This document shows, piece by piece, positions 29,747 to 39,562 of a DNA stretch of 64,000 nucleotides. A program made the position numbers and the translations under genes. The notes under the pieces are model-generated. The model had not been told where the DNA came from, made no database searches, and was given only the letters and a program-made list of their open reading frames with translations. This DNA is from an uncultured Planctomycetaceae bacterium (GTDB taxonomy: Bacteria; Planctomycetota; Planctomycetia; Planctomycetales; Planctomycetaceae): positions 32,001 through 96,000 of the forward strand of contig CAWFGE010000022.1 in NCBI GenBank assembly GCA_963815195.1, read 5' to 3'. Position 1 is the first letter of the stretch. Every line of letters starts with the position of its first letter.

Positions 29747-30217
29747 ATGGTCAAACGCATTCTTGACAATCACTGGTGCCGACTGTTGGCGGGCAACTTG
29801 AGCCTGGCCTTGTTGGTGGTGTGCATTCCGATGGCGGTTCTGCTGACGATCACGCAAAGCCTGGCTGCGATGACGGCGGCCCTCGTGATCCTGGCCACCG
29901 TGCATCTGGCGCTTGTGGGGCTTCAAGTCTCCCAGCGGGGGACGTGGATTCCCGAAAGCTGGCTGGCCGTGGGCTTCGTGTTCCTGCCGGTGATCGATGT
30001 CTCCCAAACCGTGTCCCTGTTCAACAAGGGACTCTGGCTCGAAGGCTTCTGGGCGTTCGTGATGGCCGTCGCCGCGGCGTTTGTCACCGTGCACATCGTG
30101 AAGAACCAATGGCAGAAATGGCGGCACCCCAAAATCCACACCGTGACGAAAACCCAATCCTCACACGGAGACCAAACCATCCATCCGCCCATGGACGACA
30201 CGACGATGGTTTATTGA
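29747..30217 (+). CDS. Hypothetical membrane protein (about 4 TM)
   Basis: Hydrophobic segments; GAGGA RBS before ATG 29747. Confidence 0.65.
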   Translation: MVKRILDNHWCRLLAGNLSLALLVVCIPMAVLLTITQSLAAMTAALVILATVHLALVGLQVSQRGTWIPESWLAVGFVFLPVIDVSQTVSLFNKGLWLEGFWAFVMAVAAAFVTVHIVKNQWQKWRHPKIHTVTKTQSSHGDQTIHPPMDDTTMVY

Positions 30218-30232
30218 CAAAGGCTTTTACAA

Positions 30233-30474
30233 TGTGAGCGGTCGGCGCTAGCTAGCCTCCGATTTCGATGAAGCGACGTTCCCAACGTCAAGACCGGCGG
30301 CTAGCGCCGTACCGCTCACGATCAACTCGACAAGTCAAGACCGGCGGCTAGCGCCGTACCGCTCACGATCGGCTCGACAAGTCAAGACCGGCGGCTAGCG
30401 CCGTACCGCTCACGATCAACTCGACAAGTCAAGACCGGCGGCTAGCGCCGTACCGCTCACGATCAACTCGACAA
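30233..30474. repeat. REP family B: one inverted copy plus four 47-bp tandem units
   Basis: Unit GTCAAGACCGGCGGCTAGCGCCGTACCGCTCACGATCAACTCGACAA starts at 30287, 30334, 30381 and 30428. Confidence 0.95.
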
Positions 30475-32310
30475 GCTCGCGGCGCCGTCGAGGCTGCTCC
30501 AGGCTTTTTTGAGTTGGGCGTGCGACTGCGAACCGGGGGGCCGCGTGGAGAACGCCGCCCGCAGGTACAAAAGCGCCACCGGCCGCACGCTGCTTGCCAG
30601 GCCCGAATCGTGCCGGGCCAGTTCCTGCACGTATTCGGTCGGCGTCTGGTCGGGGCGTTTGGGGCAGCCGTGCTCGGCTCCCCAGGCTTGGAGCGCATCG
30701 TAGGTGTACTCGATCAGCTCGATCGTGCCCATGTCCCGCTCCATGCCGTTGCGGAACGGGTTGGGATACTCCGCAAACGGTTTGATCGGCCGCTGTTTGA
30801 GCCGCTCTTCCAACACGGCCTCGGCGGGTTTTCGCTCTTTGGGCTTTCGCCCGAACAAACCTGCCAACAAGTCGCGAAGATCGCTGAGAAACCGCGACAA
30901 CCCTGCTGCGACCATCTCCCAATTCCGCAGGACGTAAATCACCACGAACACCGCAAAGGCGATATAAATCAGCCATTTGACGATCCTGGCGACCGAACTC
31001 CCCACGGAACTCGAAGGCGACGACTGGGATTGCTGCTTCGACGAACCTTGCTGATCGCTTTGTTTCTCCGATTGGAGTTGTCCGCCGCCGGGTTCTTTTT
31101 TGTTGGCCTGTTGGTCTTTGTTTTCGCCCTTTTGATTTTTTTGCTCGCCTTGGCCTTTTTGCTGATCGGAGGTTTTCGATTGGCCTTCGTTGTCGCCTTT
31201 TTTGCCTTGGCTTGGTTTCTTGCCGCCTTTGCTGGACGAGGAGCCTTCTTTTTTGCCTTGGCCTCCGGAGGCGGGTTGATCGGACTTTGAAGTCTGGCCC
31301 GGCTGCTCGCCGTGGTTGCCTTTTTGGCCTTCGCCGTTTTTCTGAGATTCCTCTTCCTTGGCTTCGCGGCCGACCCGGCGGCCTTCGCCTTTGCCGGCGT
31401 CGTCGCTGCCCATCGCATAGTCCGACGCCTCGCCGATTTTCTCGCTGATGGTATCCACCAGGTTCGTCACCGAATAGCTTGCATTCGGCCGCGGCAAGAG
31501 CAGGCACAGGATCAAGATCCCGAGCGCAACCATCGCCCCCAGCCCGATCCAACGGCCGGTCATCTTGGCGGGCATCGACAACTTCCGCTGCCTGAGATAA
31601 CGCCGGAGCCCCAAAAAACTCGTGGTGAGCAGCAGCCCCAAACCGGCCGCCACATAAAACCACAAATACCGAAACGCCGACGACCGCCGGTCTGCATCGC
31701 TCGCGGGAATAAACACCTGCCCCAGCCCGAACAAAGGCAACGCCGCGAGCGAAAAATACACGACCCACAACCCCGGCGCATGCGGCCGGCGGCTGGGCGG
31801 TTCCTCAGGTTGGGCTTCATCGTTCGCGGCCGGCTTCGAGAGAGATTCCTCATCGTCCGCGTGGGCGTTCTGCACCGCCTCGGGAGCCTCCTCGCCGTCA
31901 TCGAGTCCCGTGATCTGGAGCAAACCCTGCCCGGAGGCATCCTGCGAATCGTCGATCAGCGTGCAATCCCACGTCAGCTTTTTCGCGCACCACCAGACCA
32001 CGCCCAACAGCAAAAACCCGATGATCGGCCGATCCACAAAGCGGAACACGACCAGCGTGACCGCCCCCCAGAACGCCAGCGTATAAACCGCCGCGTATTG
32101 GCTGCCCTCTTCAATCGCAATCCGGGCAATCAAGACCGCCGCGAACACGAACCAAAACAAAACCCACTTCAGCCGCCCCGGAAACTCGCCCGAATATCCC
32201 AGCTCCTCCAGAAAAAACACCAGGCTCCCGACCAGCACCATAATCAGCACCGGACTGATGGCAATCGCCACGTAATCGGCGAGCGTTTTTTGAGGGCGGG
32301 CTTGGGCCAT
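30463..32310 (-). CDS. Membrane protein with C-terminal DUF4129-like domain
   Basis: Multiple TM segments, a Q/K/G/S-rich linker and YDALQAWG..PDQTPTEY..LYLRAAF. Confidence 0.75.
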   Translation of the reverse strand: MAQARPQKTLADYVAIAISPVLIMVLVGSLVFFLEELGYSGEFPGRLKWVLFWFVFAAVLIARIAIEEGSQYAAVYTLAFWGAVTLVVFRFVDRPIIGFLLLGVVWWCAKKLTWDCTLIDDSQDASGQGLLQITGLDDGEEAPEAVQNAHADDEESLSKPAANDEAQPEEPPSRRPHAPGLWVVYFSLAALPLFGLGQVFIPASDADRRSSAFRYLWFYVAAGLGLLLTTSFLGLRRYLRQRKLSMPAKMTGRWIGLGAMVALGILILCLLLPRPNASYSVTNLVDTISEKIGEASDYAMGSDDAGKGEGRRVGREAKEEESQKNGEGQKGNHGEQPGQTSKSDQPASGGQGKKEGSSSSKGGKKPSQGKKGDNEGQSKTSDQQKGQGEQKNQKGENKDQQANKKEPGGGQLQSEKQSDQQGSSKQQSQSSPSSSVGSSVARIVKWLIYIAFAVFVVIYVLRNWEMVAAGLSRFLSDLRDLLAGLFGRKPKERKPAEAVLEERLKQRPIKPFAEYPNPFRNGMERDMGTIELIEYTYDALQAWGAEHGCPKRPDQTPTEYVQELARHDSGLASSVRPVALLYLRAAFSTRPPGSQSHAQLKKAWSSLDGAASLSS

Positions 32311-32456
32311 CTTGGTTTGTCCGCGGTCCTTGGTCCGTTGTTCGTTGTGGAGTGGAAGATGTGAAGTGTGGAAAGGCCGGACAGTTTCTCCTGGTCCCAT
32401 TTTGACCGATCGCCGAGTGGAGATCCACTGGAAAGCCGCATCGTGATACGTGGACC

Positions 32457-32517
32457 TTGACATGTCCCTTAAGACGAGTACATTAAGCTCAAAATGTGGA
32501 TAACTTTATCCCAATTT
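32457..32517 (+). promoter_or_regulatory. Sigma70-type promoter followed by a palindromic operator upstream of qnor
   Basis: TTGACA(32457)-N16-TACATT(32479), then AAATGTGGATAA-CT-TTATCCCAATTT (32492-32517). Confidence 0.55.
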
Positions 32518-32563
32518 CACGAGTTTGAGTTTTAGCAGTTTCTTACGATACGGAAGATTCGCA

Positions 32564-34814
32564 ATGAAACGCCTTTGGTTGTCGTTTATTGCCGTGCTGG
32601 TCGTGTCTTTCGCGGTGTTGGGTTGGATCGGCACTCGAATCTATCAGGCCCAGCCGCCGATTCCCGACCGCGTGGTGACGAGGGCGGGCGATGTCGTGAT
32701 CGACGCGGGCGAAGTCCAGGCCGGGCAAAACGTCTGGCAATCGCTGGGAGGCATGGAAGTCGGATCGGTGTGGGGCCACGGCAGCTATGTCGCCCCGGAT
32801 TGGACCGCCGACTGGCTGCACCGGGAAGCGACGTTTATTCTCGACCGCTGGGCCGACGATGACTTCGGCAAGGAGTATGCGGACTTAAACTCCGAGCAGA
32901 AAGCACAACTCCAGGGCCGGCTGGCGGAGGTCATGCGCCGCAAACACGTATGACCCCGAAACGAAAACGATCACCATCGACCCCGTCCGGGCCGAAGCAT
33001 TCCAGGCCAATCGGGAGCATTACTCCGATGTGTTTGCCAACGGGCGAGCCGATTACGCCATTCCCGCGGGAGCCGTCACCGACGCGGACCGCTTGCAGAA
33101 GCTCTCGGCGTTTTTCTTTTGGACTTCCTGGGCGGCGACGACAAACCGCCCCGACGACACGATCACCTACACGCACAACTGGCCCTACGAACCGCTCGTC
33201 GGCAATCGGCCCACGGGCGAGACGGTCGTCTGGACCGGCGTGAGCATCATCATGCTGCTCGCGGGCATCGCCGCCCTGGTCTGGTGGCACGCCTCCCGGA
33301 CCGAGGAAAAGCCATCGCCCGACTTCCCCGAAACGGATCCGCTGGGCACGTGGGTCTCCACGCCGTCGCAGAAGGCGACCGTCAAATACTTTTGGGTCGT
33401 CTCCGCCCTGATTCTCGTGCAGATGTTGTTGGGCGTGGTCACGGCGCATTACGGCGTCGAAGGAGATGGGTTTTACGGCATCCCACTCTCCGAGTGGCTG
33501 CCCTACAGCGTGACTCGGACCTGGCATGTCCAAATGGGCTTGTTCTGGATCGCGACGGCCTGGCTGGCCGCGGGCTTGTTCATCGGCCCCTTGGTCAGCG
33601 AACACGAGCCGCGCGGACAGCGGTTGGGCGTGAACGTTCTGTTTCTCGCTTTGCTGCTGGTTGTCGTCGGCTCCCTAACCGGAGAACTCTTGAGCATCCA
33701 CGGCAAAATGCCCTCGGATACCGCTTCGTTTTACTTCGGCCATCAGGGATATGAATATGTCGATCTGGGCCGAGTCTGGCAGATCGCGCTGTTCGTGGGA
33801 CTTTTATTGTGGCTGATGTTGATGATCCGCGTGCTGCTCCCGGCCCTCAAACAGACCGGTGACCAGAAACAGTTGGTGATGCTCTTGGCTGTCGCGAGCA
33901 CCGCCATCGCGTTATTTTACGGGGCCGGTTTGACGTGGGGACAGCATTCGCATCTGTCGATGGTCGAATACTGGCGGTGGTGGGTCGTGCATTTGTGGGT
34001 CGAGGGTTTCTTCGAGGTCTTCGCCACGACCGTCATCGCTTTCTTCTTCATGCGGCTCAAACTCATCCGCCCCGGCGTCGCGGCCGCGGCGGCGCTCCTG
34101 TCGGCCACGATTTTTCTTTCCGGCGGCATCATCGGGACTTGCCACCACTTGTACTTCTCGGGAACCCCGACCGTCGCGCTCGCTTGGGGATCGGTGTTCA
34201 GCGCCCTGGAGGTCGTGCCCTTGATGCTGGTCGGCTTCGAGGCGATGGAAGACCTCAGGCGGTCCCGCACGACGCAATGGGTCAAACGCTACAAATGGCC
34301 GATCTACTTTTTCGTCTCGGTCGCCTTCTGGAACATGATCGGGGCGGGGCTGTTCGGGTTTATGATCAATCCGCCGATCGCCCTCTATTACATGCAGGGC
34401 CTCAACACGACGCCCGTCCACGGACATGCCGCCCTGTTCGGGGTCTACGGCATGTTGGGCATCGGCCTGATGCTCGTGTGTCTGCGGGCGTTGATCCCCG
34501 GCGTCGAGTGGCGGGACGGGCTCCTCAAGTTTTCGTTCTGGGCCCTGAACGGCGGGTTGATGGCGATGTGCGTCTTGAGCCTCTTGCCCGTGGGCCTCAT
34601 GCAAACCTGGGCCTCGGTGGATCAAGGATACTGGTATGCCCGAAGCGCCGAGTTCCTGCAGACGCCCGTTATGCAAAACCTGCGGTGGATGCGCGTCCTC
34701 GGCGATACGATCTTCTTCCTGGGAGCCGTGGCCCTGGTCGTGTTTGTCGCGGGCTTAAAAACCGGCCACTCGTTCCAACACGCCGCCGATTCCAGTAACG
34801 GTGCGGGGACTTGA
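32564..34814 (+). CDS. norB: Quinol-dependent nitric oxide reductase qNor (NorZ type), +1 frameshift near 32943
   Basis: GSVWGHGSYVAPDWTADWLH, YTHNWP, RTWHVQ, GYEYVDLGR, WWVVHLWVEGFFE, HHLY and HGHAALFGVYG. Confidence 0.96.
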
Positions 34815-34891
34815 TCGCCCGACGTGTGCCCGCTGGCAAAAAGGCGTGCGCGACGATCGGCGGGGTGGCTGGGGTCAGCCAAGTTCAAAAT

Positions 34892-34913
34892 GGCAGGCAG
34901 GAGCCTGCCCTAC
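34892..34913. repeat. GTAG-type REP (family E), left copy
   Basis: GGCAGGCAGGAGCCTGCCCTAC, identical to 37916-37937. Confidence 0.8.
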
Positions 34914-35053
34914 ACAAACTGTTTGTTGGTCAATATCGTTCCTGTATTTATCGGAAATAGGTATTATCCGAATGCTATAGCTATGGAGGCTATTTCAGAG
35001 CGAGGTCTTCCGCCGATCGAAATGTGGATTCCTCAACATCCGTAAATCCGCAA

Positions 35054-35638
35054 ATGGTGGCGCAGATGCCACAAAGAACTTCTGAAGAGTTGATTGCTGA
35101 AATGAAGCAATTTGTACTACCGGACCCAGAGATTGTGCGTCCGAAAGGTGATCATCTCAATTCAGAGCTGGGGCCACCGATTCGATTGCCTTCAGACTAT
35201 CTGTTATTCATGCGCGACTATGGACCTGGGGGATTCACAATTGGAGGAAAAGGATTTCATTTTGCGTTCATGCAAATCCTTGACCTCATTAGCGATGAAG
35301 GACTCTATTACGCAAAGTCTGGATTTTCATTAGTCAACTTCAATCACAACTTAGAACCGGACTTATTTCCAGTTGCGTACCCTCAAATACCTGGATTGCT
35401 GCCATGGGGACTCGACGATCAGGGATGCAGTTATCACTGGTGGGCGGAAGGCGAGCCTGAGACATGGGGTGTCGCTATTGATGCCCGTTCTTACCTGATC
35501 CGCTACGACTTCGGCATGCTCGAATTCCTTTGGATCAATATCTTTACAGAACAGGAGGACCGGTTCCTCACCGAAAGTCCGGCGACCGTCAGCGAAGTTG
35601 GGTATGCCGGGTGGCCTGAACCACCGACAGCGAAGTAG
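35054..35638 (+). CDS. SMI1/KNR4 (SUKH)-like immunity protein
   Basis: IRLPSDYLLFMRDYGPG and PGLLPWG..YHWWAEGEPETWGV; visibly lower GC than flanks. Start uncertain (35024 or 35054). Confidence 0.7.
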   Translation: MVAQMPQRTSEELIAEMKQFVLPDPEIVRPKGDHLNSELGPPIRLPSDYLLFMRDYGPGGFTIGGKGFHFAFMQILDLISDEGLYYAKSGFSLVNFNHNLEPDLFPVAYPQIPGLLPWGLDDQGCSYHWWAEGEPETWGVAIDARSYLIRYDFGMLEFLWINIFTEQEDRFLTESPATVSEVGYAGWPEPPTAK

Positions 35639-35961
35639 GGTCCGCTGTGCGGACCATTGGGATTACCCGAAGGCAGCGGGGAGACTTTCGAGTATGATGG
35701 TTACGGCTGGCAGACCCTGCACGTTTCCTTTTTCCTTTGAAGGCGTTGTGACCGCGACGGTCTATGATGATTCGCTCGGGACTGGCGGCGGGATGAGCGA
35801 TTGGTAACTCAGGGCCATTTGGAGCCGAGTAGGGCCGGCTGTGCCGGCCTTTTGTTTTTGACACAACGATTTTTCTCGCACCAAATGGCCGGCATACCCA
35901 GCCGCCAATTGGGCATAAGTATGATTCCCTTCGTCGAAAAGGCCGGCACAGCCGGCCCTAC
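35635..35961. repeat. GTAG-type REP cluster
   Basis: GTAGGGTCCGCTGTGCGGACC (35635); GTAGGGCCGGCTGTGCCGGCC (35829) with its inverse at 35941-35961. Confidence 0.8.
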
Positions 35962-36091
35962 TTGACTTGAACATTTCATTTCACACATCCTACAATAACT
36001 GTAGGCCCTATTGACCATTAGCTATCCCAACGAGGGGTGTCGAAACGTTCAACGAATGTGACACACGAACAAGATTCAACGGAGGCATACA

Positions 36092-37680
36092 ATGCGACGG
36101 CGTTTCCTTGATCGGTGGTGCGGCATTGGTGCCGTGTTCTTCGCTCTTTTTGGGGGTAAGGCGGTCGCTTCCAAAGTGACGATCACCGTCGAAGGTGTTC
36201 GTTCGGCGGATGTATCCGGGTTGAATGTCACGACGCTACGATGGGACCAAGACCAACGACGGTTTGAAGCGACCGACAACGCCTGGAAAGCGGATAAGCC
36301 TGGAACTTGGAAAGCGGACCTCTCGCCCGGCCGTTATCAATTGGAATTGACGGGCACCGTTGGCGAGGTCGTCGTGTTTTGTCGTTCGCCCCAGATGCTT
36401 ATCAACCACAACCCGACAACGTGGCCCGTTACGCTTCAAAACATCCGTCTGCTCTTCGTGCATCATGGCGAACCGTTGGGGTTGCGACACCTCGCGATTC
36501 GATCGTTCGGGTTGAAAGGCGAAACCATCGTTCACGATGGCGAGCCGATTCGATCGGCCAAGCTGCTGACGACGACCGAAACTCGGCTGGACGTCACGCT
36601 GATTGGGGAGGATGCTGACACGTTGGCTTTGGGACATGCGTTGATCATGCCGACGCACCCGCGGCTCGACGAGGAAGATGGGGACGGCTTGGAGTTGGTC
36701 GCGACCGTGACCGCCGCCGGTCGTCATTGGTACCAGCGACCGGTTTTGTTGTCGCGGGATAATCCGCCGATCAAAGCCGCGACGTTGACCCTCGTTCATT
36801 CGCGTGGTGAATTGGTGGTGCCGTATCGTGAAGGCGTCGAAGTGGTCACGAACCGACCGCTCTTCCATCTTGGCTATCGACTGGAAGCCGAATCGGGCCG
36901 CGTGTTGGTCTCGCGGAAGTGTTTCGTGTTGGTGGACCGCATCAAACGTTTCGTCTTGGGTGGAAAGTTGCAACCGTCCGCGTTTGCCAAGATTCTCACT
37001 CGGCTGCCCTCGACGAAAGAACACCGTGTCGAAGGTTTATTAAATGATCCGTCGGGCATTGAGATTGATGTTCGCAGTTCCAAGATTGATTGGAGTGAAA
37101 CGTTCACGCTGCGAGGTGGCGGATCCTTACCAAAGAATCCGCTCGACGCTGTCGAGTTGGGGGTGTTGGCCGATCCTCTTGATACGGTGCGGGTGGGCGT
37201 GAAGTGGGAATGGGCGAGCAAGCGTGAACAGGAATTGACGCCCGACGAATTCATCCCGTTTCGTTCGCCACACTTTCACTCCATGCACCGCCCGCATGGC
37301 GTGACCGTGCCGAAATCTACCTGGCACAATTGGAGCATTGCTTCGCCATATTGAAGCGAACCACGGGAAGACGGGGGCCACAACGCATCAACGTTCGCTG
37401 GCGATTGAACACCCACAACGCCCAGGCCCGCGTGGGAGGCAAAACATCTTGGATGAGCATGCCACTCAACGGGCTCTACGGTGCGACCGACCCGTTCAAG
37501 CGGCCGTGGTTCATGGTGCATGAGATGCTTCACACGTTCAATTATAACCACGGCAAACCGATGAGCGAGCAGGTTAAAATTGGCAACTACGAACTAGGCT
37601 TGACCCGTTGGGAGATCCCGTCGCGTCTCTATAACGCCAAGGACGTTAAGGTGACGCTCGAACCGCTCACCAGGAAGTAG
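36092..37680 (+). CDS. Secreted hypothetical protein with C-terminal HExxH metallopeptidase-like motif (frameshift near 37277)
   Basis: Signal peptide and beta-rich N-region. After the frameshift it reads HAPPAWRDRAEIYLAQLEH..FMVHEMLHTFNYNH. Confidence 0.6.
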
Positions 37681-37849
37681 ATCAAGACACTCATTCGACT
37701 GTTTTCGACTTGTCTTTTGTTGATGTTCAATGGGGCCAATTGGTGATGTTGTCTCCACTGGTCGAAGCGCGTGAGTTCGTTTCTCTTCAGCCACGTCGAG
37801 TGCGTGCAGCCACCCCTTTCAACATGTTGGTTTTTTGCTATAAGTTTTT

Positions 37850-37974
37850 GTAGGGCAGGCTCCCGCCTGCCTTTTTCTGTTACTTGGCAATCGTCAATCA
37901 ATAGAAAATGAAGAAGGCAGGCAGGAGCCTGCCCTACTCGACTGCTATCGATCGGTGGGCGATGCCCACGCTAC
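37850..37974. repeat. GTAG-type REP inverted pair plus an additional GTAG hairpin
   Basis: GTAGGGCAGGCTCCCGCCTGCC (37850-37871) pairs with 37916-37937. GGTGGGCGATGCCCACGCTAC lies at 37954-37974. Confidence 0.8.
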
Positions 37975-39262
37975 ACATTTTCCGTCAGAGCCGCTTCTTG
38001 CGTTGGCGCGCTCTCCTGCAACTGCACCAAAGCCGGGGCCGCCGTTTGGGTGTGGTCTTTGTTCTGATAGACGCCGAAGTCGCTGAACCAGTAGCGCTTG
38101 GCGAGGCGGTAGAAGATGTTCTTTTCGGGGATCTCGTGGCCGGGGTTGTATTGCGAGGTGCGGATTGTCATCGCGTCCAGTTCCGCGAGGGCGGTTTTGC
38201 GGACGGTGGCGTCTTTGGCGGCGTGGCGTTCGACGAGTTCTTTCAGAAGCTCCGGGCGTTCCAAAACGATGCAGCCCCGCGTGGTGTCCTGGGCGAGTTG
38301 GCGGAAATCGTTCAGGTACGGGCTGTTGAATTTCTCGAACAGGGTTTTCGATTCGTCGCGGATGTTGTCGGTGGCGAATTGCACGATCGGGCAAGGCTCG
38401 ATGTCGCCCCAGGGGTTGATGTGGTTCGTGATGCCCGTGGCCGCGGGACATAACGCCTGGCCTTCGCCGTCGAAGTAGGCGTCGATGATCACGATCGGCT
38501 TTTTGGCCCGCATCTCGACCACGAACTGGCGGGCCTGGAGTTGCTGCTCCGGCGACAGGCACAGCTGCGGGTTCGCGTCCGGCCCCATCGGGCGGTAGAT
38601 GTGAAACCACGTATACATGACGCCCATCTCGATCAGCCGATCCACCCATTTCTCGGTGAGCAGGTCGTCGAAGTTGGTCTGGCAGAGGCTGGTGCACACG
38701 CCGGTCATGACTTTGTTGTTGAGGCAATTCTGGATGCCCTGCATCGTCTTGTTGAACACGTCCGGCCGGCCCCGGCGTTCGTCGCTGACGATCTCCGAGC
38801 CTTCCACACTGATCAACGGCGTGACGTTCCCCAGCTTGCGGAGCCGCTTGGCTTTTTCGTCCGTGATGAACTGGCCGTTGGTGAAGATTTGGAAATAGCA
38901 ATCGGGGTGGGCTTCCAGGATCTCGAACAGCTCGCGGGTGCATAAACGGCTCGCCGCCGACGATCCCGAAGAATACGTTCCCCATCGCCTTGGCTTCATT
39001 GATGAGCTTGTTCATGGTTGTCGAGGTCGAGGGTTTCCTGCTTGGCGGCCACATCGACCCAGCAGCCCTGGCAGCGGAGGTTGCAGCTATTGATGATCGA
39101 CACGTACAAAAACGGCGGGAAGTATTCGCCCCGCTTCAGCCGGCGTTTGTGCTTCTGCACAGAGCGCATGCCCTTCCAGCCCATGTTCCACGCCAGCTTC
39201 CATAAGAGGCGTTTGTCGGTTTCCCAAATCACGCGCTTGGCCATCTTCAGCAAATACATCAA
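37971..39262 (-). CDS. Radical SAM protein with SPASM/twitch-like C-terminus (frameshifts near 39020 and 38935)
   Basis: CNLRCQGC, GGEPFMH, FTNG, ISVEG and CPAA..HINPWGDIEPCP. Confidence 0.88.
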
Positions 39263-39562
39263 TAAACCTCGTCGATCCCGACTTTTGGGGGAGGGGTTGG
39301 GTTTTACCCGTTGGATTTTGTGGGAAGAATCAATTTCCTCTCAGTCTAAACCAACAAGTGCCGAGAACCAACTCTGAGGCGATCGAAGAATCCCGCCGGG
39401 ATGACTCGGGATTTCCACGATCACCTTGACATTTTCCCAGCGAAATGAGATTCTGGAATAGATCGGTAGATTTTTATGTTGGGGAGAGTCCCGGCGTTTC
39501 CCACCCATTTCGCTCGATTTGGCATTTCGCGAATCGCGCAGTTAACTTAAGGGGCTTTTCGG

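Noticed and set aside
30287..30474. CRISPR array (also considered for 57829-57902 and 62781-62881)
   Set aside because: Units are head-to-tail near-identical with no unique spacers, no cas genes are present, and the core matches dispersed REP elements.
32495..32503. DnaA box TGTGGATAA suggesting oriC
   Set aside because: It is a single perfect box that forms one arm of a palindrome, with no box cluster, unwinding element or dnaA/dnaN context.
32564..34814. NO dismutase (Nod) rather than qNor
   Set aside because: The canonical qNor ligands HLWVEGFFE, HH and HGH are all intact.
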